From Candidatus Uhrbacteria bacterium (lineage in GTDB: Bacteria; Patescibacteriota; Patescibacteriia; UBA9934; GWF2-40-263), in the NCBI GenBank assembly GCA_016206085.1, contig JACQSF010000005.1:1337-65336 (forward strand): DNA of 64,000 nt, given 5' to 3'. This document shows, one piece after another, positions 1 to 9,689 of the stretch (its first letter is position 1; every line of letters begins with the position of its first letter). Under the pieces are notes generated by a model that saw only the letters and a program-made list of their open reading frames with translations, searched no databases and was not told where the DNA came from. Both the position numbers and the translations under genes were made by a program.

Positions 1-237
1 ACGAATGCGAGGCTTCAAGTTGCTGGCTCGCATGAGCCGCTGCATCTTCTTCCGGTTCATCCCGAGAGCCCAGACGACGCGCCGGGCACCGTATGCCGGG
101 TGCTCGGCCATCACAGCAATGATCTTTTGTTTGTCTTCTTCGTCGAGGGGCGGTTTCTTTGGTTTGTAGTATAGGCTCTGCCGGCAGATGCCGAGCTCCC
201 TCGCGAGCGCAGTCTTGGTCGTCTTGAGCGAGGCCAT
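1..237 (-). CDS. IS3 transposase OrfB, N-terminal part (partial; not in ORF track)
   Basis: Hand translation MASLKTTKTALARELGICRQSLYYKPK...HPAYGARRV...NRKKMQRLMR carries typical IS3 OrfB 'SxYY', 'YGxRR' and 'NxKxxxRLMR' motifs. Confidence 0.85.
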   Translation of the reverse strand, partial: MASLKTTKTALARELGICRQSLYYKPKKPPLDEEDKQKIIAVMAEHPAYGARRVVWALGMNRKKMQRLMRASNLKPRIR

Positions 238-241
238 ACGC

Positions 242-526
242 TCACGGACGCCCCGTATTTTTTTCCGCACGCTTCTTTTCGAGCGCGAACAGTCCGATGA
301 TCTCCTTGAGCTCCTGGTTCTCGCGGCGGAGCTTGGCCACTTCGAGCGAACTCGTTCCGGTGTTGTCCGCCTGGGCCTTGAGCCACAGGTAGATCGCGTT
401 GCTCGTCACGCCGTGCTTCACGGACGCCTCGGAGACTTTCACGCCGTTCTTGATGTCCTCGAGGACGGCCTGTTTCACGGTCGCGTCAATGTGCTTTGCC
501 ATACGCGAGATATTTTCCATCCTCAC
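242..526 (-). CDS. IS3 transposase OrfA (HTH plus leucine zipper)
   Basis: SEASVKHGVTSNAIYLW HTH and EVAKLRRENQELKEII zipper. Confidence 0.85.
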   Translation of the reverse strand: MRMENISRMAKHIDATVKQAVLEDIKNGVKVSEASVKHGVTSNAIYLWLKAQADNTGTSSLEVAKLRRENQELKEIIGLFALEKKRAEKNTGRP

Positions 527-577
527 TGGGAAGTCTGTCTAGTGTACGGGGTCCACTCCAGGCAAAGGCGGGCGGGT

Positions 578-970
578 CTATCTCTCCCATTCTTTGATAT
601 GTGGTGAAAAATCAAGCTGATAATCCGGAATGCCTAATGACACACCATATTTTGTTACATCATCATACTGTTCTGATTTAGCACGATCAACTTTGAATAC
701 TTTATTGCGGAAGATTATGTAATGAAAATCACTGTTTTTAAAATCAGCATACCAATCATGTTCGAAGTCCAATGCCTTGCTAATTTCTTCCGCAATATTA
801 TCAGCTTGATTTTCTAAAATTTCAACGGTGTGTAATGTCCATTGTTTAATCCAAGGTGTTTTATGTTCCTCGGTTACTTGTTCAACATCCGTCTTGAGAA
901 TTTTTACTTTTCCCAAAACATCCTTATTCTCAAGACTTTCTTCAATAATTACACCGTTGAAATTTTTCAT
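578..970 (-). CDS. AT-rich hypothetical protein, putative gene-cassette ORF
   Basis: Clean 130-aa ORF, visibly lower GC than its neighbours, flanked by 13-bp inverted repeats. Confidence 0.75.
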   Translation of the reverse strand: MKNFNGVIIEESLENKDVLGKVKILKTDVEQVTEEHKTPWIKQWTLHTVEILENQADNIAEEISKALDFEHDWYADFKNSDFHYIIFRNKVFKVDRAKSEQYDDVTKYGVSLGIPDYQLDFSPHIKEWER

Positions 971-1012
971 ATGTTTGATTTCAGTTAATGTTTATTAAAA
1001 TCCACGATCCGA

Positions 1013-1039
1013 GCCCGCCTTTGCCCTATTTCGCACAAC
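1013..1039 (-). other. Integron-like recombination core (GTTGTGC) with extended attC-like arm
   Basis: Minus strand reads GTTGTGCGAAATAGGGCAAAGGCGGGC; the complementary arm GCCCGCCTTTGCC follows the ORF stop (561-573). Confidence 0.5.
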
Positions 1040-1100
1040 TGGTTTTTGTCTGAACTGTTTTCAGATATAAGCCCAAAATACGCTGTGTATCTGTTTCATA

Positions 1101-2621
1101 TCACTCACTCACCACAACTCCAACAGGCCTCCTCATAGAAACAATCTCTTCCAGTAACACTGTCCCGTGTGACTCTGCCTGCCTCTTGTTTGGAAGAAAC
1201 GGGATCAAGAAGAGTAGATAACCCAGGCCTATAGGGTGGTTGAGGTAGGGCGAAAAGAAGTGCGTGCCGTAGATGAAGACGATGCCGGTTACCAGAGCCA
1301 GACCGATCCAGGCCTGGTCTGTCCAGCGGTACGCCCAGAGACGCTTTATAAGCTCATAGGCGGCGTAGAGAAAGCTCAGCGGTCCTAGGATTCCCATCTT
1401 AATCCAGAGTTCGAACCAACCCCACTCCATGGAGGTCGTAGACCAGGCGCCGTCGGGACTGATCGCGCGGATGCGCGGATCGTCGGTTTCAAACGTGACC
1501 GCTTTGCCGAAACCGTGTCCGACTAAGGGGCTTGCGAGAATCTCGTTGAGAATTGGGGAGAGCAACTTCCACCGACTTGAGATCCCCGCATCCCCTGTCT
1601 CGGTCGTCCGATCCTTGAGCGAATCAAAAAGCGAACCCCCTGCGAGGCTTGGATCGGGAATGGGAAACAAGGCGATGGAGAACAAGAGTGCGACACCTAA
1701 CGCAGCTGTAAGGATAGACCAACTTGTGAATTGAAGAATGGTATGAAGACGTGGCTTCGCCGTTCTGTAGAGCATCACCAAAATGAAGAGAAGTGCTGGC
1801 ATGAGTCCCACCCAGAAACTGCGTGAGAGTGCGAGCAGTACGATAGCGATAATGACCGCACCAAGACCCATGAGCCAGCTTCGTTTTTCTCCGGTGAGGG
1901 TGAGCGCGAGCACAAACCACCCAAAGATCGCCGTGAACATTTGTGACTGAACAAATACGCGATACACACCGTTACCGACGTCTGTCACTTCAGCGATACG
2001 GAGGTCGCGGAGCAATTCATACGCGGGAGTAAGCAATGCGACCCAGAAATGGGTGAAGATATAGAGAATGGTAAACGAGATGGCTGCGGCCCAGATGGCA
2101 CCTGCGGCGAGAATTTGGAGGAGGTCATGACGATGTCTGTGATTCCAGGCCACCGAAAGCACTGGGAGAAGATAGAAAAGATAGAGATAGGCATTGCCGT
2201 CCTTGAAGACGGAGATCGGGTCTCGTGAGAGGACTCCGATGATGAATCCAAGCGCCGCTGCAAGAACCACGAAGAGGAAAATCTGTGCACGACCGTCCTT
2301 GAGTTCTGGACGATAGCGTCGCATGAGGAACCCAATCCCCCACCCCACCATAATTCCACCGAAGATCGCCATGCGCATGGAGACGGCGAATCCACCCACA
2401 TCCGCCAGAAGAAGCGCTCCATGAGGATTTGAAAAAAGTTCGATGAACACGAGATAGAGTGCATAGTCTAGTTTCTTGAAGGCAAGCGCCGCGCTCAGCA
2501 ACGATACAAGTCCCAAGAGAATCGCGGATATCCCTGTGTAGTAACCAACAATACCGATCCCATAGAGGACGGACATGCAGACAAGCGCGTACCAAAATGT
2601 GCAAGAGAAAAATTGGCGCAT
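1101..2621 (-). CDS. O-antigen ligase/polymerase (Wzy_C) family membrane protein
   Basis: Multi-TM protein with 'LSRSFWVG', 'SSRWKL...PLVGHGFG' and 'ELWIKMGILG'; lies in a glycosyltransferase operon; start set at MRQFF. Confidence 0.75.
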   Translation of the reverse strand: MRQFFSCTFWYALVCMSVLYGIGIVGYYTGISAILLGLVSLLSAALAFKKLDYALYLVFIELFSNPHGALLLADVGGFAVSMRMAIFGGIMVGWGIGFLMRRYRPELKDGRAQIFLFVVLAAALGFIIGVLSRDPISVFKDGNAYLYLFYLLPVLSVAWNHRHRHDLLQILAAGAIWAAAISFTILYIFTHFWVALLTPAYELLRDLRIAEVTDVGNGVYRVFVQSQMFTAIFGWFVLALTLTGEKRSWLMGLGAVIIAIVLLALSRSFWVGLMPALLFILVMLYRTAKPRLHTILQFTSWSILTAALGVALLFSIALFPIPDPSLAGGSLFDSLKDRTTETGDAGISSRWKLLSPILNEILASPLVGHGFGKAVTFETDDPRIRAISPDGAWSTTSMEWGWFELWIKMGILGPLSFLYAAYELIKRLWAYRWTDQAWIGLALVTGIVFIYGTHFFSPYLNHPIGLGYLLFLIPFLPNKRQAESHGTVLLEEIVSMRRPVGVVVSE

Positions 2622-2623
2622 AA

Positions 2624-3469
2624 TTATCGAGGTTTCACGAGCGAGGCGATAAAGCCGGTGATCCAAAAGAGTGGTTCAGACACAAGGAAGAGTATGCCTA
2701 CGAATGACCCGTGGTGCTTGAACATATATCGTCGAATCGAGCATCTGAGCATGGCCTGCTTTTTGATTGTAAGGATACGATCGAAGCTGGCACCTTTTTT
2801 GTGTCTGGCCGAGATATCTGCAAAATATCGTACTCGCCAGCCTGCATCCTTTGCACGTCGACAATAATCAACTTCCTCATACCACATAAAGAAACGCTCA
2901 TCCAACAGTTCAATCTCCTCGAGCAGTTCACGACGAATACAAAAGAGCGCGCCCATGACCTGATCGACATCGGCCGATTGCGAGTAGTCAAATCCCCGGA
3001 CGAGCCAGCGCTTGAAGGGTGCGAGATTTGGAAATACGTGATTGAGTTTTAGAAGAAGGAAGTATTGATCCAGAGGTTCTGGGAATGTCCAGACACAATC
3101 CTGTTGGCTGCCATCGAGATTTTTGAGCGTGACTCCGCCGATACCAACATCAGGTGACGTCACCATCTTGCCTTCGAGTTGCTCAAGCGCATTGTCATCA
3201 AAAATGATGTCAGGGTTCACGAGCACGATGAAGTCGCCTGTTGTCTCTTTGATCGCCAGATTGCACCCGCCAGCAAACCCGAGATTAGTCTTGCTCTGGA
3301 TTACGCGAACTTTGGGGAACCGCCGCTCAAGTTCTTCCATCGAATCCCCCGATGCGTTCTCAATGACGAATACCTCAAGTCCAGCCGAGTCGTGATGCGC
3401 GAAGAGTGACTCAACCATTTTGAGGGTATAGTCGATCGTTTTGTAATTGACGGTGATGGTCGAAATCAT
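2624..3469 (-). CDS. GT2 glycosyltransferase (WbbL-like)
   Basis: ITVNY, ENASGD, NLGFAGGCN, LVNPD, FFMWYEEVDYC. Confidence 0.9.
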   Translation of the reverse strand: MISTITVNYKTIDYTLKMVESLFAHHDSAGLEVFVIENASGDSMEELERRFPKVRVIQSKTNLGFAGGCNLAIKETTGDFIVLVNPDIIFDDNALEQLEGKMVTSPDVGIGGVTLKNLDGSQQDCVWTFPEPLDQYFLLLKLNHVFPNLAPFKRWLVRGFDYSQSADVDQVMGALFCIRRELLEEIELLDERFFMWYEEVDYCRRAKDAGWRVRYFADISARHKKGASFDRILTIKKQAMLRCSIRRYMFKHHGSFVGILFLVSEPLFWITGFIASLVKPR

Positions 3470-4167
3470 AGATGATGTTTTTGCACAATCACATCATGGG
3501 CGGCTTTATGTTTTCGAATCGCTTGAGGCGACCAGCCAATGAGTTGCCAGGGTAATCGATACACGAACTTTGGCAACCAGCGCGAATACGATGGACGATC
3601 AGATTCAACCAGAACATGATACAACGCTTCGTCCACAAACACGCCGACCTTCCCCTGCTCACTCATGGTAAGCCAGAGATCCCAATCCTGGAAGCGTTTG
3701 AGTGATTCATCGAAACCTGGAAAATCATCACGACGAATAAGCGCGGTCGTGTGAATGTAGTTTTGCGAACGAAGCGCCTCGGCGCTGAAAGGTCGACCTT
3801 GGAAGAGTCGACGTCCCCACCAAAAACTTGAATAGGCCCAAGCGGCTTTGTGGTTCTCTTTTAAAGCGTCCTCGAGTCTCTTCAACATCATCGGTTTCGC
3901 AATCACGTCAGCATCCCAAAAAATGACGAGCTCACCGGAGGATTTTTCAAACCCGTGATTACGAGCAACAGGCGCCCCTTGATTTTTTTGAAAGAAATAG
4001 TCGATTCGATCACGGTACGGGGCGAGCACATCAACGGTTGTGTCTGTTGAACCGTCATCAACAACGATCACCTCGTTTGGCCGTCGCGTCTGAGCGAACA
4101 ACGAATCAAGCGCGCGTGGAAGCGTGGTGGCGTGTTGGTAGGTGGGGATGATCACCGAGATCTTCAT
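3466..4167 (-). CDS. GT2 glycosyltransferase
   Basis: ISVIIPTY, VVDDGSTD, FWDAD, QDWDLWL. Confidence 0.9.
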   Translation of the reverse strand: MKISVIIPTYQHATTLPRALDSLFAQTRRPNEVIVVDDGSTDTTVDVLAPYRDRIDYFFQKNQGAPVARNHGFEKSSGELVIFWDADVIAKPMMLKRLEDALKENHKAAWAYSSFWWGRRLFQGRPFSAEALRSQNYIHTTALIRRDDFPGFDESLKRFQDWDLWLTMSEQGKVGVFVDEALYHVLVESDRPSYSRWLPKFVYRLPWQLIGWSPQAIRKHKAAHDVIVQKHHL

Positions 4168-5264
4168 AGATACGGATCCAGCTTGCTCATCTGATTCTGA
4201 CACGTAAACGTCTTGGCGTGCTCGCGTGCCTGTAGGGACATTGCTGAACGAAGCTCGATATTTTTTGCCAGTGTCATGATGGCACTGGCCAGCAAACGCT
4301 CGTCTTGCGACTCGAGCAATAAACCAGTCTGTTGATCGATCACCGCCTCGTCGACTCCCTCGACTCTCGTTGCGATCGATGGTAATCCGGCTGCGGCAGC
4401 TTCAATATACACAAGTCCAAACCCTTCCTTATCAACAGAATCCTGCGAAACAGGCATAACAAACAGGTCAGACCCTTGATATAAACGCTGACGCTCCTCG
4501 TCTGAAACCATGCCATGAAACACGACATGACTGTTGAGATCCAACGTATCGACCATCGACCGCAGGCTTGACTCCATTGGACCATCGCCGACAATGTGGT
4601 ATACGAACTCGCCGAGTTCACCAGTCCCTCGAAGATGCGCGAGCGCGTTGAGAACATGCGTGTGTCCTTTGCGTTCGACGAGTCGAGAGACGGTGAGGAG
4701 GGAGAAGGGGTGGAAAGGCGGGAAGGTGGGAAGGTGAAGAGGTGGCAAGGGTGGAGTAATGCAGGGGTACACGACGAGAACCTCGGCGATACCAAAGTCG
4801 CGGGCAAGCTCGCGGGCGAGGGCTTGAGAATTGGCGACGACGAGACGCGCCCCTTGTAAAACTTTCGTTGCGAGTCGACGCTTTCGACTTGAAGACGAAG
4901 CGAGACGAATATCCATGCCGTGCACAAAAACAATGTACGGCGTTCCAGTAACCTTTTTTGCAAGCAGAGCTGCTGAACCGATCGGAAGAACATGACTCGT
5001 CAGAATGAGGTCATATCGAGAACGGTATGACCAGAGATAACGGACAGTCTTCAGCCACCTCGGCCAAATAAGTCGGCTCAGCAATGGCGCACGATAGATC
5101 GGGTATCCGGCGCTTGAATCAAACGTACTCCACGCAGGATGCGGATCCGCAAGAACCTCGATTCGATCCTTCAGGTGCTCAGCAACGGCTTGAAGGTAAC
5201 GCGCAACGCCACCTTCATTTGGGGGAAAGTCTGGGGTGATGAGGAGGATCTTTTTCTCATTCAT
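4164..5264 (-). CDS. GT4 glycosyltransferase
   Basis: DFPPNEGGVARY, SRLVERKG, EGFGLVYIEA. Confidence 0.9.
   Translation of the reverse strand: MNEKKILLITPDFPPNEGGVARYLQAVAEHLKDRIEVLADPHPAWSTFDSSAGYPIYRAPLLSRLIWPRWLKTVRYLWSYRSRYDLILTSHVLPIGSAALLAKKVTGTPYIVFVHGMDIRLASSSSRKRRLATKVLQGARLVVANSQALARELARDFGIAEVLVVYPCITPPLPPLHLPTFPPFHPFSLLTVSRLVERKGHTHVLNALAHLRGTGELGEFVYHIVGDGPMESSLRSMVDTLDLNSHVVFHGMVSDEERQRLYQGSDLFVMPVSQDSVDKEGFGLVYIEAAAAGLPSIATRVEGVDEAVIDQQTGLLLESQDERLLASAIMTLAKNIELRSAMSLQAREHAKTFTCQNQMSKLDPYL
4701..4757. repeat. Degenerate GGAAGGTG-type short tandem repeat inside the GT4 linker
   Basis: ggaaaggcgggaaggtgggaaggtgaagaggtggcaagggtgg encodes PPLPPLHLPTFPPFHPF. Confidence 0.6.
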
Positions 5265-6685
5265 ACGCGCTTGAAATATCCTAGATCCGTGAGTTTAAAT
5301 GATCCGGTAACGAGAAGCCCTACAAGATAGACGCCCCCACCGATGAACACAACAGGAATCCATCCCATGAGAGGCTTAAGGACTATGACGACGATGAGCA
5401 TGATGACGCCAACAAGGTAGATTGGCAGAATCGTTCGTACAAGTTGACGAAAGGAGAATGAGGGAATCACGCTGGGGATGTAGAAAAGACCGGCGACAAA
5501 CATGAAGACAAAGCTTGCAAGCGCTGCGTAGGCCGCACCAAGTATCCCAACCTGCGGGATAAGAATGGCATTGAGAACAATATTGATAATCATCGTGACA
5601 CCCATGATGACAGTCTTCGTTGACTGTTTTCCACAGGCATTCAGAAGCGAACCGATTGGGAAGTCAAGAAAAATCGGAATAAGGACAAAGATGAGTGTCT
5701 GCAAAACAATCGTCGCTTGTGTGTACTCCTTTCCTGCTAACAAAATAGCTTCCGGTGCCACGGCATAGAGTCCAAAAACGATCGGAGAAGAAATGAGCGC
5801 CATGTACCACATGCTTCTGAGGAAAATTTGTTTGAGACTCGCAGGATCCTTCCCTGCCACGGCACTCATGCCTGGATACAGGGCGGCGATAAAAGCAAGC
5901 GGAAGAAACTGAAAGGCATAGGTAAATTTATAGGCGATCGCGTAGACTCCCACCGCCGTGGTGTCGAGAATTTTTGAGATAAAAATTGAGTCGACATAGG
6001 AATAAATCTTGACAAAGATAGCGGCCAACGCAAATGGAAAGGCCATCTTCAAAATGAGTCGCGCGTCCTGACTTGACCAATGCGGAATGAGCGTGGACCA
6101 ACCAAGTCGTCGTGCCACACAAAAGGAAGCCACGAGGAGATTGATGAAACTTCCCCCCATAAGAGCCACAACGAGAAGTGGAAGCGATGGAGCGAGCGCA
6201 AGCACAAGGCTTCCAACGAGAGCCGTTGTCAGCATGCCTGAAAAAATACCTGCTGCCTCAAATTGGAGCGCCTGGAAGCCACGAAGCACCCCATAAAAAA
6301 ATACCTGCAGAGCGTCAAGCACAAGCACGACACAAGACATGGCGATGAGAACCTGAACGCTGTGGTCATATCCAAGGAGCCATCCCGTTGCCACAGAGCC
6401 ACTGACCGCAAGTATTATGAGCGGGAGCTTGAGAGCGAGGGCATGGGAGATGAGTTGACGAGCTTGTGTGGGGTCTTTGGCAATCTCGCGAATGGTGACG
6501 GATGTGATCCCGAACTCGGCGACGACAGAATAGATCGTTGTAATCGAAAGTGCGAGGAAATACTGACCAGTCATGTCTGGCATCATCACCCTGGCGAGAA
6601 ACAAAAAGTAGACAAAAGCGATGATCTTCTGTCCAACCGAGGCGATGGTCAAATAGAGGGCGTTTCTTGCAACTCGTTGCGTCAC
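5261..6685 (-). CDS. Wzx-type oligosaccharide flippase
   Basis: Multi-TM MOP-family protein with 'EFGITSVTIREIA', 'IYSYVDSIFI' and 'VGVYAIAYK'; GTG start estimated. Confidence 0.85.
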   Translation of the reverse strand: MTQRVARNALYLTIASVGQKIIAFVYFLFLARVMMPDMTGQYFLALSITTIYSVVAEFGITSVTIREIAKDPTQARQLISHALALKLPLIILAVSGSVATGWLLGYDHSVQVLIAMSCVVLVLDALQVFFYGVLRGFQALQFEAAGIFSGMLTTALVGSLVLALAPSLPLLVVALMGGSFINLLVASFCVARRLGWSTLIPHWSSQDARLILKMAFPFALAAIFVKIYSYVDSIFISKILDTTAVGVYAIAYKFTYAFQFLPLAFIAALYPGMSAVAGKDPASLKQIFLRSMWYMALISSPIVFGLYAVAPEAILLAGKEYTQATIVLQTLIFVLIPIFLDFPIGSLLNACGKQSTKTVIMGVTMIINIVLNAILIPQVGILGAAYAALASFVFMFVAGLFYIPSVIPSFSFRQLVRTILPIYLVGVIMLIVVIVLKPLMGWIPVVFIGGGVYLVGLLVTGSFKLTDLGYFKRV

Positions 6686-6812
6686 ACAATGTGTAGTGTA
6701 ACCCAAATGATAACGGGGCGAAAGACAGACAGAACGATCCGTGAGACCACGATAAAAAATAATCGACCACCGAACGTTAATCCGGTAGTCGATTAGTTTA
6801 TGAGAGATCTCA

Positions 6813-7211
6813 TTAACGTTTGGACCACTGTGGTGAACGTCGAGCAGACTTGTGTCCGAACTTCTTTCGCTCCTTTACGCGCGCATCACGACTCAAGTAG
6901 CCTGCCTTCTTAAGCGTACTTCTAAATTCTGGATTGAAATCAAGAAGGGCTCTGGCAATCCCGAGTCGGATTCCATCTGCCTGGCCGTGAATCCCTCCCC
7001 CATGCACATGTATGGTGATATCAAAGATGTTTTCCGTCCCCGTTTCTTTCAATGGTGAGATGACCTTCTGTTGCATGGTTTCCAGCGGAAGATACTCTGT
7101 AAGGTCTCGGTCATTGATCTTAATCGTTCCAGAACCACCAGCATGGAGCCGCACGCGGGCGATCGCCTCTTTGCGACGTCCAATGGATTCGATGTACGTT
7201 CGTTCGCTCAT
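6813..7211 (-). CDS. rpsI: 30S ribosomal protein S9
   Basis: GRRKEAIARV, GGGIHGQA, C-terminal QWSKR. Confidence 0.98.
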   Translation of the reverse strand: MSERTYIESIGRRKEAIARVRLHAGGSGTIKINDRDLTEYLPLETMQQKVISPLKETGTENIFDITIHVHGGGIHGQADGIRLGIARALLDFNPEFRSTLKKAGYLSRDARVKERKKFGHKSARRSPQWSKR

Positions 7212-7216
7212 ATCAA

Positions 7217-7567
7217 CTAGTTGGTTACGACCAAGCGCTTTAATCGCTGTGAGCGCTGCTTATTTTTTGGAAGCATCCGTGAGACGGCGCGACGAAGAAC
7301 ATCTGCTGGATCCTTTGCCCAAAGCGTACTAAGCTTCGTTTCTCGAAGCCCCGCGGCATAGGTTGTGTGACGATAATACGATTTTTGATTTAATTTTTTT
7401 CCGGTGAGCACCATCTTTGAAGCATTCGTCACTTGCACATGGTCACCGTCGTCAATATGAGAGGTGAAACTGGTTTTATGTTTGCCAATCAAAATCTGGG
7501 CGACTTCAGTAGCCAGTCGACCAGGCACTTTTCCTGCTGCATCAATTGTGTGGATTTCATGTGACAT
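7217..7567 (-). CDS. rplM: 50S ribosomal protein L13
   Basis: IDAAGKVPGRLA, GKHK, GDHV, RMLPKN. Confidence 0.97.
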   Translation of the reverse strand: MSHEIHTIDAAGKVPGRLATEVAQILIGKHKTSFTSHIDDGDHVQVTNASKMVLTGKKLNQKSYYRHTTYAAGLRETKLSTLWAKDPADVLRRAVSRMLPKNKQRSQRLKRLVVTN

Positions 7568-7571
7568 ACTG

Positions 7572-7922
7572 TTAGACAAGTTCAATTTGCACCATTTCCG
7601 CCCCATCATTTTTTCGGGCACCCATTTTTACAATACGCGTGTAGCCACCAGCACGATGTTGATAGCGAGGACCAAGAACCTCAAAAATCTTCTTGACAGG
7701 ATGTTCCGTGTAAAAAAACCCCATGAGTTTTCGTCGAGCGGCGATGGTAGGTTTTTTTCCCGACGTGATGGCTTTCTCCACCAACGACTTCACCGCTTTT
7801 GCCTTTGCTTGGGTCGTTTTTACCTTCTCATACAAAATCACGCTGGCGGCGAGATTTCGAAGCAAGGCCTCCCGAGGAGCCTTTTCACGACCTAAAATGG
7901 TACCTTTCTTTCGATGACGCAT
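7572..7922 (-). CDS. rplQ: 50S ribosomal protein L17
   Basis: MRHRKKG, TTQAKAK, GGYTRI. Confidence 0.98.
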   Translation of the reverse strand: MRHRKKGTILGREKAPREALLRNLAASVILYEKVKTTQAKAKAVKSLVEKAITSGKKPTIAARRKLMGFFYTEHPVKKIFEVLGPRYQHRAGGYTRIVKMGARKNDGAEMVQIELV

Positions 7923-7928
7923 AGTCGA

Positions 7929-8645
7929 TTAGGACTCAATCTCCTGGAGGGAGCCTTGAGTATTAGTCAAAATCGAGAAATGGTCAATAAGGATTTTCGC
8001 GGACTCCTCGACCGCCTCTTTTGGAGAAATTGTTCCATCAGTCTCAATAGTCATCACGAGTTTGTCGTAGTTCGTGATTTCTCCAACACGTGTATTCTCA
8101 ACTCGATACCCGACATTTCGAACAGGAGAAAAAAGAGCATCGATAGCGATCGTTCCAATCTCTCGAGGAGCCTCTCCGGTACGCTCCTCACTCGTCGTAT
8201 ACCCGCGTCCCCGGAGTACCGTGAGTTCCATCTCAAATGTTGACGCATCGTCTGTCACGGTGGCAAGGACTAACTCAGGATTCATGATTTCAACGTCCGC
8301 ATTTGGAGCGATATCCCCGGCCGTGACAACCCTAGATCCTTTCACACTCAACTCAAGTTTGACCGGTTCATCAGAAAAACACTTCAGTCTAAGTGATTTG
8401 ACATTAAGAATAACCTCGAGGGCATCCTCCTTTACACCCTTCACTGCCTGGAACTCATGATTGACTCCTTTCATTTTTACCGCGGTCACAGCCGCACCAG
8501 GGAGAGACGACAAAAGAACGCGGCGTAGGGCGTTTCCCAGGGTTGTTCCATAGCCATGGAAACACGGTTCAACCGTAAGGATGCCTTCATTGGGGCGTTC
8601 ACTCTCGTCGAACTGGATACGTGATGGAAGAAGGATATTCTCCAT
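7929..8645 (-). CDS. rpoA: RNA polymerase alpha subunit (NTD only, 238 aa)
   Basis: GYGTTLGNALRRVLLSS, HEF, DALFSPV; ends before the alpha-CTD. Confidence 0.97.
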   Translation of the reverse strand: MENILLPSRIQFDESERPNEGILTVEPCFHGYGTTLGNALRRVLLSSLPGAAVTAVKMKGVNHEFQAVKGVKEDALEVILNVKSLRLKCFSDEPVKLELSVKGSRVVTAGDIAPNADVEIMNPELVLATVTDDASTFEMELTVLRGRGYTTSEERTGEAPREIGTIAIDALFSPVRNVGYRVENTRVGEITNYDKLVMTIETDGTISPKEAVEESAKILIDHFSILTNTQGSLQEIES

Positions 8646-8662
8646 ACTTGTTAAAGATAAAC

Positions 8663-9277
8663 TTAACGTGAGTAAAACTCAACAATCAATGTCGGGTCAA
8701 AATCTTGTTTAAGGTCTTCTCCCTCTGGAACAGCTGTAATCTTTCCGGTATTCATTTTTTCATCACGAAAAATCCACGAAGGGAGCGTGCTGGTCTTCAT
8801 CGCTTCCGGAATGTTTTTTACAAGGCCTGTTTCCCATTTTGAGGGTTTGATGGAAATGACGTCTCCAATGGACACGTTAAATGAGGGGATGTCCACGCGT
8901 TTCTCATTCACCATGATGAAACCATGTCCAACCATCTGACGAGCCTGGCGGCGAGTCTTGACCCAACCAAGGCGATAGACAACATTATCCAAACGCAATT
9001 CCAAATACTGAACGAGGTGTACGGAGGTGTTTCCGCCCGAACGATTTGCCTTGTCAAAATAATTCTCAAATTGACGTTCAAGAATGCCGTAAATCGCTTT
9101 CGCTTTCTGCTTTTCCTTCAGCTGTTCACCGTAGGAGGAAAGACGGGATCGGCCGACGGCTTGCTTTGGACCGTGGACACCTGGCGGGTACGAACGTCGT
9201 CGAACGTACTTCTCTTTGCCAAGCGTAATTCCAAGGCGTCGTGAGCGTTTTACAATGGGGGTTCGGAAGGTAGCCAT
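8663..9277 (-). CDS. rpsD: 30S ribosomal protein S4
   Basis: YGEQLKEKQK, LELRLDNVVYR, VEFYSR. Confidence 0.98.
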   Translation of the reverse strand: MATFRTPIVKRSRRLGITLGKEKYVRRRSYPPGVHGPKQAVGRSRLSSYGEQLKEKQKAKAIYGILERQFENYFDKANRSGGNTSVHLVQYLELRLDNVVYRLGWVKTRRQARQMVGHGFIMVNEKRVDIPSFNVSIGDVISIKPSKWETGLVKNIPEAMKTSTLPSWIFRDEKMNTGKITAVPEGEDLKQDFDPTLIVEFYSR

Positions 9278-9280
9278 ATC

Positions 9281-9682
9281 TTAAACGCGTCGTGGTTTTG
9301 GTTGACGGCACCCGTTATGGGGAAGAGGGGTTAAATCCTTAATAGAAAGCACCTGGAAACCGTTTGCATTGAGGGCTCGAATAGCCGAATCTCGACCGGT
9401 TCCAACGCCGCTCACGAAGACATTCACTTCTCTAAGTCCTGTTTCTTTCACGCGGTCAGCAGCCGTTTTTACAACAATACTTGCGGCGTAAGGGGTCGAT
9501 TTTTTTGGACCCTTAAAGCCACAGTTTCCTGCGCTCGACCATCCAAGCGCATTCCCATTGAGATCCGTTAGCGTAACAATCGTGTTGTTGAAGGTTGCTT
9601 GAATATAGGCACAGCCCTGAGAGACCTGCCGAATGACTTTCTTTTTTGAGCGAGGTTTGGCTATCGTCGTCTGTTCTGCCAT
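9281..9682 (-). CDS. rpsK: 30S ribosomal protein S11
   Basis: ATFNNTIVT, KKSTPYAA, PHNGCR. Confidence 0.98.
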   Translation of the reverse strand: MAEQTTIAKPRSKKKVIRQVSQGCAYIQATFNNTIVTLTDLNGNALGWSSAGNCGFKGPKKSTPYAASIVVKTAADRVKETGLREVNVFVSGVGTGRDSAIRALNANGFQVLSIKDLTPLPHNGCRQPKPRRV

Positions 9683-9689
9683 AGGAGAG

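Larger units (their letters stand above)
1..560 (-). mobile_element. IS3-family insertion sequence, left part (continues beyond window start)
   Basis: Minus strand begins TGGAGTGGACCCCGTACACT at 560 (IS3-like TG-start IRL), followed by an HTH OrfA, an A7 run and an OrfB N-terminus. Confidence 0.85.

Noticed and set aside
111..386. -1 frame ORF as IS3 OrfB
   Set aside because: No transposase motifs; these lie in the +1 frame starting at 237.
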